A stretch of 64,000 nt of DNA from the human T2T-CHM13v2.0 reference genome, Homo sapiens: the NCBI RefSeq assembly GCF_009914755.1, contig NC_060925.1; one strand, 5' to 3'. The stretch's first letter is position 1. The number at the start of each line of letters is the position of its first letter. Below, piece by piece: positions 41,901 to 54,681 of this stretch. The position numbers and the translations under genes were made by a program. The notes under the pieces were generated by a model. It searched no databases and was not told the origin of the DNA. It was given only the letters and a program-made list of their open reading frames with translations.

Positions 41901-42720
41901 AAAAGCATATGAAAAAAAATTCAGCATCACTAATCATTAGAGAAATGAAAATCAAACTATGAGATACCATCTCACATCAATCAGAATGGCCATTATTAAA
42001 CAGTCAAAAAAACAATAGATGCTGGTGAGGTTGTGGAGGAAATAAATGCTTTTACACTGTTGGTGGAAGTGTAAATTAGTTCAACCATTATGGAAGACAG
42101 TGTGGTGATTCCTCAAAGACCTAGTGGCAGAAATACCTTTTGAACCAGCAATCCCATTGCTGGGTATATACCTAAAGGAATATAAATCAATATATTATAA
42201 AGATACATGCGCATGTATGTTCATTGCAGCACTATTCACAATAACAAAGACATGGAATCAACCTAAATCCCCATCAATGATAGACTAGATCAAGAAAATG
42301 TGGTACATATACACCATAGAATACTATGCAGCCATAGAAAAAATGAGATCATGTCTTTTGCAGGAACATGGATGGAGCTGGACACCATTATCTTCAGCAA
42401 CCGAACACAGGAACAGAAAATCAAATATCACGTGTTCTCACTTATAAGTGGGAGCTGAATAAGGAGAACATATGGACATATTGAGGGGATATGGCTATGC
42501 ATATGGACACACTGGGGCCTGTTGCACGGTAGGTGGTGGGAGGAGGGAGAGCATCAGGAAAAATAGCTAATGGATGCTGGGCTTAATACCTAGGTGATTG
42601 GGTTATCTGTGCACCAAACCACCATGGCACACATTTACCTGTGTAACAAACCTGTGCAATCTGCATATGTCCCCTAAACTTAATATAAAAGTTGGAAATC
42701 AAAAAATAAATAAATAAAAA
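35907..42720 (+). mobile_element. Full-length L1PA13-15/L1PREC2-type LINE-1, inactive
   Basis: 5' gggagggtccaagatggcc; ORF1 from 37515 (MRKNHCKNAENSKSQ); ORF2 from 38625 ([19 protein letters not shown]), fragmented; 3'UTR aatagctaatggatgctgggcttaatacctagg; A-rich tail. Confidence 0.95.
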
Positions 42721-42789
42721 GTAACATTTAAAAAGATTTAGAAGATATTCAGAAACTCAAGAAAATTTTTTAACTAAAATGGATCTCTA

Positions 42790-43080
42790 GAAAAAAGAAT
42801 GAAGTTCTGACACATGATACAACATGGATGAATCCTGAAGACATTGTACTAAGTGGAATAAGCAAAGAATAAAAGGATAAATATTGTATAATTCCACTTA
42901 CATGGCATACCTTTATTAGTCAAATTCACAGGGACAGAAGATGGAGTGGTAGTTCCCAGGGGTTAGAAAGAAGGTGGAATGGGTGTCATTGTTTAATGGG
43001 CATGAAGTTTCAGTTTTAGAAAATAAAAATGTTCTGGAGATGGATGGTGGTAATATATGCACAACAATGTGAATATACAT
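42790..43080 (+). mobile_element. L1MB-type 3'UTR fragment
   Basis: aagaatgaagttctgacacatgatacaacatggatgaa..gttctggagatggatggtggt. Confidence 0.8.
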
Positions 43081-43102
43081 AAATATATTAGTAATTATAT
43101 TA

Positions 43103-45330
43103 AATATTAGTCCATTTTATGCTGCTGATAAAGACATACCCAAGACTGGGTGATTTACAAAAGAAAGAGATTTAATGACTCACAGTTCCACGTGGCTGAA
43201 GAAGCCTCACAATCATGGCAGAAGGAGAAAGGCAAGTCTCACCTGGTGGCAGACAAGAAAAGAGAATGAGTGCCAAGTGAAAGGGGTTTCCCCTTATAAA
43301 ACCATCAGATCTCATGAGACTTATTCACTACCATGAGAACAGTATGGGGGAACATGTCCCTATGATAAAATTATCTCCGGGTCCCTCTCACAAAACCAGA
43401 GAATAATAGGAGCCACAGTTGAAGATGAGATTTGAGTGGGGACACTGCCAAACCATATCATTCTGCCCTGGCCCCTCCCAAATCTCATTTCCTCACATTT
43501 CAAAACTAATCATGGCTTCCCAAAAGTTCCCCAAAGTCTTAACTCATTTAGCATTAACTCAAAAGTCCATAGTTCAAAGTCTCACCTAAGACAAGGTAAG
43601 TCCCTTCCACCTATGAGCCTGTAAAATCAAAAGCAAGTTAGTTACTTCTTAGATACAATGGGGGTACAGGTATTGGGTAAATACGCCTATTCCAAATGGA
43701 AGAAATTGGCCAAAACAAAGGGGCTACAAGTTCCATGTAAGTCTAAAATCCAGCAGGGCAGTCAAATCTTAAAACTCCAGAATGATCTCCCTTGACTCCA
43801 TGTCTCACATCCAAGTCATGCTGATGCAAGATGGATTTCCATGGTCTTGGGCAGCTCCACCCCTGTGGCTTTGCATGGTACAGCCTCCCTACTGGCTGCT
43901 TTCACAGGCTGGCATTGACTTCTGCAGGTTTTCCAGGTGCATGGTGCAAGATATCAGTGGATCTACTATTCTGGGGTCTGGAGGATGGTGGCCCTCTTCT
44001 CACATCTCCACTAGGCAGTGTCCCAGCAGGGATTCTGTGTGGGGGCTCTGATCCCACATTTCCCTTCCACACTGCCCTAGCAGAGGTTCTCCATGAGGGC
44101 CCCGCCCCTGCAGGAAACTTCTGCCTGGACATCTAGGCATTTCCATACATCCTCTGAAACCTAGGCGGAGGTTCCCAAACCCCAATTCTTGACTTCTGTG
44201 CACTGGCACGCTCAACACCACATGGAAGCTGCCAAGGCTTGGGGCTTGCATCCTCTGAAGCCATGGACTGAGCTGTACCTTGGCTCCTTTTAGTCACAGC
44301 TGGAGCAGCTGGGATGCAGGGCATCAAGTCCCTAGACTGCACACAGCAGAGGGACCCTGGGCCTGGCCCAAGAAACCACTTTTACCTTTTAGGCTTCCAG
44401 GCCTGTGATGGAAGGAGCTGCCGTGAAAACCTCTAACATGCCCTGGAGACATTTTTCCCATTGTCTTGGGGATTAACATTCAGCTCCTCATTACATATGC
44501 AAATTTCTGCAGCCAGCTTGAATTTCTCCTCAGAAAATGGGATTTTCCTTTCTATCACATTGTCAGGCTGCAAATTTTCTGAACTTTTATACTGTTTCCC
44601 TTTTAAAACTGTATGCCTTTAACAGCACTCAAGTCACCTCTTGAGTGCTTTGCTGCTTAGAAATTTCTTCTGCCAGATACCTAAATCATCTCTCTTAAGT
44701 TCAAAGTTCCAAAAATCTCTAGAGCACGGGCAAAATGCCACCAGTCTCTTTGCTAAAACAAGAGTCACCTTTGCTCCAGTTCCCAACAAGTTCTTCATCT
44801 CCATCAGAGACCATATTAACCTGGATTTCATTGTCCATGTCATTATCAGCATTTTGCACAAAGCCATTCAACAAGTCTCTACGAAGTTCCAAACTTTCCC
44901 ACATTTTTCTGTCTTATTCTGAGCCCTCCAAACTGTTCCAACCTCTGCGTGTTACCCAGTTCCAAAGTCACTTTCACATTTTTGGGTATCTTTTCAGCAG
45001 CGCCCACTCTACTGGTACCAATTTACTGTAGGAGTCCATTGTCCTGCTGCTGATAAAGACATACCCAAGACCGGGCACAGTCGTGGTGGAAGGCAAAAGT
45101 CACATCTCACCTGGTGGCAGACAAGAGAATAGAATGAGAGGCAAGCAAAAGATTTCCCCTTATAAAACCATTAGATATCATGATACTCATTCAGTACCAT
45201 GAGAACAGTATAGAGGAAACTGCTCCCATTAATCAATTACCTCCCACTTGGTCCCTCCCACAACATAAGGGAATTAGGGGAGCTAGCATTCAAGATGATA
45301 TTTGGGTGGGGACACAGCCAAACCATATCA
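43103..45330 (-). mobile_element. Complete THE1 (B/C-like) MaLR provirus: 3'LTR 43103-43460, internal 43461-45026, 5'LTR 45027-45330
   Basis: Two direct LTRs ending aaccatatca on the plus strand; 1.57 kb internal region; ORF remnant MWESLELRRDLLNGFVQNADNDMDNE. Confidence 0.95.
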
Positions 45331-45760
45331 AAATATAAATGGATTAAGTGTCCCAAATGAAAAACAAAGATTATCATACTGGATAATATTACAAACCTAT
45401 CTATATTCTGCTTACAAGAGACACACTGTAAAATATTAGAATGAAATGTTGAAATTAAAATAATAGAAAAATGATATACCATAAAAATTTTAACCAAAAA
45501 AAACTGGTACAGGTATATTAATATTAGAAACTAGGCTTTGAAACAGAGAGCATTTTTTAAAGATAAAGAGGCTATATATGCCGAACATGATGGAACACTA
45601 TAGAGCAATTAAAATGGAAGAACTGTAGCTCATCACAACATAGATGAATCTCTCAAACATAATGATGTACGAAAGAAACCAAATGCTAAAGAATACATAC
45701 TGTGTGGTTCCATTCGTATAAAGATTAAAAGCTGCCAAAATGGCACAAGAAGTCAGAATA
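45331..45760 (+). mobile_element. Old L1M fragments (ORF2 start, then 3'UTR)
   Basis: aaatataaatggattaagtgtcccaaatgaaaaacaaagattatca..tgcttacaagagacacac; tagatgaatctctcaaacataatg. Confidence 0.6.
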
Positions 45761-46678
45761 ATGTGTTCCGGGATTTTGTGCAGGGTCTTTAGTTGTAGCT
45801 GACTTCTTGTCTTTAGTTTCTCAGAGGAGTATGTTACCAAGTATTTCTGGTGTTGAAGCTTTGGTATGTGATTCAGTAGGTGGCACTGATAGTTTATTGA
45901 GCTGAACACATAATTTATTCATTTTCTGGATTGACATATTTAATTCTAATTTTTTCCATTTTAAAAATAGGAATATAAAAAAGCAGGTCTTTATTTTGTT
46001 TATTATGCTTCCACAGTGGAAAGTAGGAGTTGGTAAAAATTATTTTGAGTTGACAAAGTGTGATGATGATATGTAGCACCTGCTGTGATAATCTTAGAAA
46101 CCTATTAGTAAATGAGCATATTACGGACATCTAAGTTAGATGTTTAGGAAGTGCCTCTTTCATCAACATCACAAATCACCATCAGATAGTGTTACTTTTC
46201 TAATTATATTATTGGCTTCTGATATATATTAATATAAGTTGCTTCACCTCAATATGACAATTGAATGATTTATGAAATTATTGAGATTTTATTAATAAAT
46301 ATATATCTCCAAGTAATATCTCTCCAAGGTCATAATTTTGTCAACATACATAATCAGGCATTTCTTATATTTCTGCTTGTAATAATCATACATTGGGACA
46401 AAATGAAAAGGAAACAAGCCTTGAGTTCTATACAGACTCTAGTACAAGGAAGAAACAGTAACAATCTCCAACCACTCGGTGATGATAAGGATGTCTTGAT
46501 GTCTTGATTCCTACTGCTGGTAAGCACATAAAGCAGATAAATTCATGATAAATAAGGTTCCCACTTCTAATGAGTTTCTTGTGGGAGGAAGAAAGCAGTG
46601 AGAAACAATCCTTTATTTTTGATGTAACTCTAGAAGAGGAATCTGTGAGAAACAGAATTTCTATAAGTAGATGAACTC

Positions 46679-46697
46679 TGGCCACAAGAGGGCGATA
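46679..46697 (+). promoter_or_regulatory. CTCF-like motif
   Basis: TGGCCACAAGAGGGCGATA, 16/19 identical to consensus TGGCCACCAGGGGGCGCTA, CpG retained, in apparently unique DNA. Confidence 0.6.
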
Positions 46698-47094
46698 CGA
46701 GGCTTGAAGCACACTGATTCCAAGGCTGTGAGATCTATGGCCACACAGTCAGTACTACAATAGAAATCACTAACATCACCTTAATCACTAGCTGCATCCA
46801 TTCCAAATCCTGTGCAATGTTCTGCCCTTGTCCAAGAAGGATAAAAGGGGTACTCAGTGGCAGTTCTTTTTCCTGCTTCTTGATTGTACTTAATAATAGA
46901 TTTCTTCCATGTTCTTAATAATAGAACAGATTTCTTCCAATTCAAACAGCCCATATATTAGGGAAAATTGAATAAGCTCTTTATTCCATCCTCAATTCTC
47001 CTAGTAAACTTCATTCTGTTCCTACCAGAATAACATGACAACAGAACTGTTCTAGAACCATTCCAGCCTTTTACGCCATTGAATGCTATCTATA

Positions 47095-47203
47095 TTTATT
47101 AGGCTAATACTAATTAGTTGACTAATACTAGTCTAATAGTTAATACTAGTCTAATGCTATTAGACTAATACTAGTACTACTAGACTAATACTAAGACTAA
47201 TAT
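47095..47203. repeat. (ACTAAT/ACTAGT)-type low-complexity repeat
   Basis: Repeated actaatactagtctaat units. Confidence 0.8.
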
Positions 47204-47818
47204 TCTGCTCTACATCTATATGAAAAATAAAATAAAGGGAGAATGAAAATGAAAGTTGGCAAGGTTCTGTAACAATTACATACATCTCTAACAAGTACAA
47301 CTATATTATGTCTGTAATAATATTTAATGGCAGCTTTTTATTTTATAAATTTATAAATGTTCTCTATAAAATACTTATTTAGGTTGGAATGGATTGACTT
47401 TTCAAAGTTAACTAGAAGTCAACAAAAAGGAAGTATATATAATGACAAGGTAGATGATGAAAACCCTTTGACCACATATTTAACCGCACATCTGAAGACA
47501 CTTTAAGATAAAGCCATCAGCAAGAGTTGCCCATTTTCACTGCTATGGCAAAAAGAGGCTAATTGATGTCAACGGTTTATAACTTAGCCACAGATGCAAG
47601 ATATTTTCCTTTTCACCTGAGCTATAGCATAAAATTTAATGACTTCTTCCTTTAGTGCCTTCATATAATACTACTACTTAATTGTTTACTTCTGGGGGAA
47701 GTTGGGTTACCGTAAGATATTTTATACATAAAATTTTATATTTTACATCTTAAAGTCACACTGAAAAACAAAGAAGTTAAAACTATCTAAGACTATTTTC
47801 TTAAGTCAGCATGTTGCC

Positions 47819-48318
47819 TGTGGTGGTTTGGAAAGTATGTCCACAAATTATTTGACTCTCCTCCCTTTAAGAGGTATAGCCTAATTCCCCTCCCCTTGAG
47901 TATAGGTTGGTTTTAATGACTAATTCCTAACAATTTGAATACACTGAAAGTAACAATATTCACTTCTAAGACTAGGTTATTACAAATCTACAGCTTTTAC
48001 CCTTGGAATCTGCTTTCTTTGTCCCTGGGGGAAGCCATGTCATGAGCCTTATGGAGAGGCTGATGTGAAGAGGAACTGAAGCCTCCTGCCAACAGCCATA
48101 GCTGTCAGTCAAGCAGCTCCTCCAGACTCAGTTAAGACTCAGATGGCAACAGCCCTGGAAGATACCTTGACTGAAGCCACATGAGAAACCTTGAACCACA
48201 ACTATCCACCTAAGCCTCTCTCATATTCCTGACCCGCAGAAACTATGAGACAATAAATATTTATTGTTTTCAGCTTATATATTTTAGATAATTTTTACAC
48301 AGCAATAAATGAGGAACA
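47819..48318 (+). mobile_element. MLT1F-like MaLR solo LTR
   Basis: tgtggtggtttggaaagtatgtccacaaattatttgactctcctccc..gaggaactgaagcctcctgccaacagcca..acagcaataaat. Confidence 0.85.
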
Positions 48319-48899
48319 TATTGACATATGCTGAATTGGATGGACACATTTCACAGAAGCTTAAGCAAACAACAGACTGGGCCCCTCTTGTTTTTTCAGA
48401 TGTTTAACAAAAAGATGTTACAAAAATAGACTACATGCTTTTTCTAGTACTACTGCTGTCACTCTATGACTGTTCATGGCTAACAAAACAAAAGGTACAA
48501 TTTAATTCGAAAGTTCTCTTAGCTTAACTTTATTTTTTTATCCATATAATAAATTAAGATTCTTCAAGGACTATGAGGGCAACAAATCCCACAGAGGAAC
48601 ACAGAGTTCACCTTCCTATCTAATAGACTGACAAAAATTTATGATTCTAGGTCATTTTAACAGCCCATGTGGGGAGACGGTACTGCCAGACATGGAGCAT
48701 GATAGAACTGACGACTAGTGCTTATAAATCCTTTTGTTTTAAGAGTGGTTTTTAAATCATTTTTACTAGTTTTCATCTTTATTAGTTAAGATAATTGGTG
48801 TTTTTCCCATTTTACTGATAAAGAGCCTGGGAAAGAGGAATACTACATTCCTAAGCCAATCAAATATCATGAGAGTCTAAGTAGAAATCCATATCTCTT

Positions 48900-49110
48900 T
48901 AATTTAGATTAATAAGCATTTATTGAGTTTCCACAATATTCTAGACACTGTGCTAGGCACAGGAGGTACAAATAAAAATAAATATATCTCATTTTCTCCA
49001 GAAGCTTAAAATCTAGTAAATTTAAAAGCAAATGGTAAGAGCTATGATAGTAGCAATATATAAAGTACAGTGGAAGCAACGAGGAGGAGCACTTATCATA
49101 TTCTCTTATG
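48900..49110 (-). mobile_element. L2 fragment
   Basis: aataagcatttattgag..agacactgtgctaggcacaggaggtacaaa. Confidence 0.65.
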
Positions 49111-49499
49111 ATCAGGGGATGATACCTGGGCTTCAGTTTCTAATGATGAATAAGGATACTTATTTTTCCTATTTCTTTTGTATGCCAAGGAACTCTAAAT
49201 TACCTGTATCCTAATTCTCATTTGTTTATGAGAACCTTTTCGATTGATCTATTTTGTTGTATGATAGGATTTCAAAGAGGAATTTTTGTCTCACACATCA
49301 AGATACAGTAGATACTGAATCCCAAAGTGATTGTCAGACTCTATATAAATTTTCAAATAAAATTATGAGAACCAGTTTTGATACATTTAAAACCTGTCAT
49401 CCACATCGAAGACATAAAAGGTTGAGAACAGACACAGAGGGTAGAATTACAAACTTACCTCTTGAAAAGAGCTTTGTCCTTCAATTAGGTCTAGGAAGT

Positions 49500-50360
49500 G
49501 TTTCAGGAGACCCTTGAAGACCTTAATCAGTGCTGCCTGCAGTTAGGGAGCACACTGGACTGGTGTGGAACACAAATCTGAGCTCTCTGTGGCAGGATGC
49601 TGTGACTGTTTGCCTGAGGGATCCAGAGAGAGACATCCAAGACATTTGCTGGTTTTACAGGAAATGGGATCTGGGAGGATCTCTACCTGGAATCATTATG
49701 GCAGTGAGCCTGCCAGGTTAACCAGAGCTTTGGGTAGATGGCAGGAGGATTCTAGCAGAGTCTGGGCTTGGCATGGGCTGTGTAAAATCCAGAAGCTAAG
49801 TGGGGAGTGGTGGTGATCAGTAGAATGAGGACACTGCCAACGCTGTGTCAGGTATGGTCAGAGGGGCCCAGCAGGCGAGCTGTCAGAGAATCCAGACTGG
49901 CCGCACAGAGAAAAATTTACCTTTAAACGTCAGTCAGGCTCAGAGAGTAAAATGGCAGAATTAAAGCATCAGTCAAGTAAGAACTTTCTAGTCCCTCTCC
50001 TTTCCTTTTGTCCTTCCCTGAGCTCTATACTTGGAGAGACCTGACGGTGCTTACGTGGGAAAAGCAGCCCACTGCTCTCCCTGCCAAGGCAGTTTATAAA
50101 GCAGCAAGGGATAGAAGGGGGCAGGAGAGAGGAAGGAAGTTTACCTTTAAATAAAGATTAAAATTTGGACTAGAATTTATAATTTCTGAATCAAATTCTG
50201 TTTTACAACTTAAACCAACCATGGGATTTTTTTTGTCAAGTTCCGTTGGGCTTTTATCCAGCAGCAGAAAAAACCTTTACTCCACTAAATACACTTGAAA
50301 GTGACATTGGGAGACAAAATTAAAATTGTTTTCCTTATTACATTGCTCAACCCCTATTTA
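49500..50360 (+). mobile_element. Ancient LTR (LTR78-like)
   Basis: cttttatccagcagcagaaaaaac..aaagtgacattgggagacaaaattaaaattgttttccttattaca; 5' boundary uncertain. Confidence 0.45.
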
Positions 50361-50488
50361 GCCAATATATCAGTTCTATTTACATGAATGGAAATATTAT
50401 TTAGGTTAGCTTGTGAATAAAAACAGGAATTTAAATGAGATATTTCATTGCTATCATGAAAAAAATATGATTTTAAGTAACAGCCACA

Positions 50489-50796
50489 GGCCAGGTATGG
50501 TGGCTCATGCCTTAATCCCAGCGCTTTCAGAGGCCAAGTCAAGAGGATTGCTTGAGCCCAGGAGTTTGAGGCTAGTTTGGGCAGCATAGTGGGACCTTGT
50601 CTCTAGAAAATAAAAATAAAAAATAAATAGCTGGGCATAGTGGCACATGCCTGTAGTCCCAGCTACTCAGGAGGACGAGATGGGAGAATTGCTTGAGCCC
50701 AGAAAGTCAAGGCTGCAGTGAGCCATGATGGCACCATTGCATTCCAGCCTGGTCGATAGAACAATACTATCTCTTAAACAAAGAAAGAAATAAATA
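50489..50796 (+). mobile_element. AluJ (Jo-like)
   Basis: Full dimer; TSD core agccaca on both sides. Confidence 0.92.
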
Positions 50797-50947
50797 CAAG
50801 CCACAATGCCTTACATCTAAAAAACTTTTTAAAAACTTAAAAGTCACTTTTACATATATATTTCATTATCTCTACAACACTTCACAGTAGTAGCAGAATA
50901 TATTAAGCACCACATAGAGATCCACATACATAGAGCCAACAAAACTC

Positions 50948-51371
50948 TTCTAGGAAAATAGCCTGTTGCATGTCAAGAGTAATGCTATCTTGAAGCAAAA
51001 CCACCATCATGGCCAGTGTTTGACCCCCACATACCAAGGTGTTCTGCAGTAAGGTCTTTACACAATGTCTGTAGCATAGATAACTCCTCATAAAGATGCT
51101 TCTGTAACCTCTCCACGAGTTTTGGCAAGAAAGTCTGAAACATGACCAGCTGCACATGTTTTACCCTAAAATCTTGCTTTATAAAGAATACTTTCTGGAA
51201 GGCAAGTATGCAGATCCACCATCTAGTGACTGCTCAAGACATTGCTTCTATTTTTATATCCCGATTAAACGTTCTTTTCTGAGAAACTGGACTTGTCAGC
51301 CTCTTTCTTCAGTCTGTCAGCTCCCTCAGCATTTTGGAGTAGGTTTGCATAGACCTTCTCATTGTGGAACA
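50948..51371 (+). mobile_element. LTR47-like ERVL LTR (5' LTR)
   Basis: taggaaaatagcctgttgcatgtcaagagtaatgctatcttgaagcaaaa...aggtttgcatagaccttctcattgtggaaca. Confidence 0.85.
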
Positions 51372-51614
51372 TTTGGTGGTTTGGGTCCTGGGGCACCTGG
51401 TAGCAGAAGCTGCATTGTGGTTTAGACATTATACTCATATGTTTTTTATGGTCTTGTTTTTGGCTTTACTGTTACTGTGGAAACTGCCTCCAATGGAGCC
51501 AATGCACTGCTGTTAAGCTATGCAAAATTAGGCACATTTCCTCTAGACCCAGGAACTATTGAGGAAGAAGTAAAGGAGTAAGACTGTAAGGGCCAGTTTG
51601 GGGTGGGGGTGAAG
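51372..51614 (+). mobile_element. 243-bp internal remnant between two LTR47-like LTRs (env-tail-like plus PPT)
   Basis: Begins tttggtg; frame from 51374 reads WWFGSWGTW*QKLHCGLDIILICFLWSCFWLYCYCGNCLQ; ends ggggtgggggtgaag. Confidence 0.7.
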
Positions 51615-51861
51615 TGTAAGGAAACAGCATGTTGCATGGTAAGAGTGATGCCATCTTGAAGCAAAACTGATGATTGACCCCCACATACTTACAAGTTCTG
51701 CAGTAAGGTGTTTAAACGATTGCTATAGCATGGATAATCCCTCATAAAGATGCTTCCCTAACCTCCCAAGTGGTCATGAGTCTTTGCAAAAAACTCTGAA
51801 GATGTGACCAGCTGCATAGGTTTTACCCTAAAACCTTGCTATATAAAAGATACTCTCTGGA
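51615..51861 (+). mobile_element. LTR47-like 3' LTR, 5' half
   Basis: Colinear with 50948-51199; interrupted by L1 just after tatataaa. Confidence 0.85.
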
Positions 51862-53692
51862 TGGAGAGGAGGAGCCAGATGGCTAAATAGAAGCCTCCAG
51901 CTATCATTTCCCCCCATAAGAACACCAAATTGAACAACTATCCCCACAAGAATGCACTTTTATAGGAACCAAAAATCAGGTGAGCAATCACAGTACCTGG
52001 TTTTAACATCATATAATGGAAAGAGGCACTGAAGAGAGTAGAAAAGACAGTCTTCAATTGCTGACACAACCCCTCTCCCCTCGCCAGCAGCAGCCATGTG
52101 GCATGGAAAGATATGTTTGCTTAGGGGAGAGAGAACACAGTGATTTTGAGACCTTGCATTGGAACTCAGTACTGCCTGTCACAGTGGGGAAAGTAACATG
52201 GGGCAGAATTCAGCTGGCACCTGTGGAAGTAGTATGTAGACCAGCCCTAGCCAGAGAATTGCCCTTTCCAGTAGTCAGAACCTGAGTTCCAGCAAGTTCC
52301 AACATTGTGGGCTAAAGTGTTCTGTGGTCCTAAATAAACTTGAAAGGCAGTCTAGGCCACAAGGACTGCAATTCCTGAGCAAATCCTGATGCTGTGCTGA
52401 GCTTGGAGCCAGTGGACTTGGAGGGCACACAACCAAGTGAGACACCAGCTGGGGCAGCCAAGGGAGTGCTTGCATCACCCCTCCCCAAACCACAAGCAGC
52501 ACAACTCATAGCTCCAGGAGAGACTACTTCCTTCCATCTGAAGACAGGAGAGGGAAGAGTGAAAATAACTTTTTGTTGCAACTTGAATACCAGCTCAGCC
52601 ATGGTAGAAAAGGGCACCAGGCAGAGTTTTGAGGCCTTCCCCCATTCCAAGCCCCAGCTCCTAGATGACATTTTTAGATATGTCCTGGGCCAGAAGAGAA
52701 CCTACTGCCTGAAAGGGAAGGATCCAGTCTTGCCAGGATTCATCATTGGCTGACTAGAGAGCCCTTAGGCCTTAAATAAATATCCGTGGTACCCAAGGAG
52801 CTCTTACTGTGAGCCTTGGATAAGACCCAGGGCCATGCTGGCTTCAAATGTGACCCAGAAAATTCTCAGCTGTAGTAACCGTGCAGGGAAATGCCTTCTG
52901 CTAGAGCAAAGGGGAAGGAAAAGTGAAGGGGACCTTGACTTGCAGCTTGGGCATCAGCTCAGCCACCATGGGATAGAGCAGCAAGCAGACCCCTAGGGTT
53001 CCTGATTCCAGGCTGTGGCTACTGGACAGTATTTCTAGACCCACCTTGGGCCAGAGGGGAGAGACCTAGTCCTGGTAACATTAATCATAAGTGAATTGAA
53101 AAGCCCATGAGCCTTGAATGAACATCAACAGCATCTAGGCAGTAAGAGCCACTGGCTGGTGTGGTGGTATCCACAGAGCAAGACTCTTTCTGCATGAGGA
53201 AAGGAGAAGGAAGAGTGGTAAGGACTTTGTTTTGTGGCATTGGTGCCAGCTGAGCCGCAGTAGAATAGAACACCAAGTAGATTCATAACATTCCTGATTC
53301 CAGGCTCTGGTTCCCATCTCCAAGCCCTCGCTCCCAGACAGTATTCTGGGACCCACCCTGGGTTATGGGGGAGATCACTGCACTGAAGGATAGGACACAA
53401 GCCTGGCTGGATTCACCAACTGCTAACTGAAGAGCCCTTGGGCCTTGAGTGAACATTGGCAGGAACCAGGGAGTGGTTGCCTCGGGCCTTCAGCAAGACC
53501 CAATGCTGTGCTGAGTTTTGGTCTGACCTGGTGCAGTCCCAGTGGTGGTGGCCACAGGGGCTCTTGCATCAATCCTCTCCCAGTTCCAGGCAGCTAAACA
53601 TAGAAAGAGAGACTTCATTTGTTTGGGGAAAAGCAAGGGAAGAGAACAAGAGTCTCTGCCTGGTAATCCAGGGAATTCTCCCTGATCTTACC
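51862..53692 (+). mobile_element. L1MA-type 5'UTR
   Basis: ggaggagccagatggctaaatagaagcctcc; homologous to the reverse complement of about 9360-11168. Confidence 0.88.
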
Positions 53693-54230
53693 TGTGTCAG
53701 TCCATTCTCATGCTGCTGATTAAGACATACCTAAACTGAGAAGAAAAAGAGGTTTAATGAACTTATAGTTCCACAGGCTGCAGAGGCCTCACAATCATGG
53801 TGGAAGGCAAGGAGGAGCAAGTCACATCTTACATGGATGGTGGCAGGCAAGAGAAAGCTTGTGCAGGGAAACTCCCATTTTTAAAACCATCAAATCTTGT
53901 GAGACTTATTCACTATTAAGAGAACAATGTGGAAAAGACCTGCCCCCATAATTCAACTACCTCCCACTGGGTTTCTCCCACAACACGTGGGAATTGTACA
54001 AGTTACGATTCAAGATGAGATTTTGGTGGGGACACAACCAAATCATATCATTCTACTCCTGGCCCCTCCCAAATCTCAAGTCCTCACATTTCAAAACAAT
54101 CATGCCTTCCTAACAGTCCCCCAAACTCTTAACTCATTTCAGTATTAACTCAAAAGTCTGCAGTCCAAAGTCTCATCTCAGACAAGGCAAGTCCCTTCTG
54201 CCTATGAGCCTCTAAAATCAAAAGTAAGCA
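53693..54230 (-). mobile_element. THE1 (A/B-like) 3' LTR (53693-54050) plus 180 bp internal; remainder missing
   Basis: LTR ends aatcatatca, then internal sequence colinear with 43461-43637. Confidence 0.92.
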
Positions 54231-54681
54231 AGGCCGAGCCAAGATGGCCGAATAGGAACAGCTCCGGTCTACAGCTCCCAGCATGAGCGATGCAGAAGAC
54301 GGGTGATTTCTGCGTTTCCATCTGAGGTACCGGGTTCATGTCACTAGGGAGTGCCAGACAGTGGGCACAGGACAGCGGGTGCAGCGCAGTGTGCGCGAGC
54401 CGAAGCAGGGCGAGGCACTGCCTCACTTGGGAAGCACAAGGAGTCAGGGAGTTCCCTTTCCTAGTCAAAGAAAGGGGTGACAGACAGCACCTGGAAAATC
54501 GGGTCACTCCCACCCTAATACCACGCTTTTCTGACGGGCTTAAAAAATGGCACACCAGGAGATTATCTCCCGCACCTGGCTCGGAGGGTCCTACGCCCAC
54601 GGAGTCTCGCTGATTGCTAGCACAGCAGTCTGAGATCAAACTGCAAGGTGGCAGCGAGGCTGGGGGAGGGGCACCTGCCAT
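54202..54681 (-). other. L1 antisense ORF0, open for 159 codons
   Basis: MAGAPPPASLPPCSLISDCCASNQRDSVGVGPSEPG.. within ORF 54202-54750; ATG at 54681. Confidence 0.75.
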
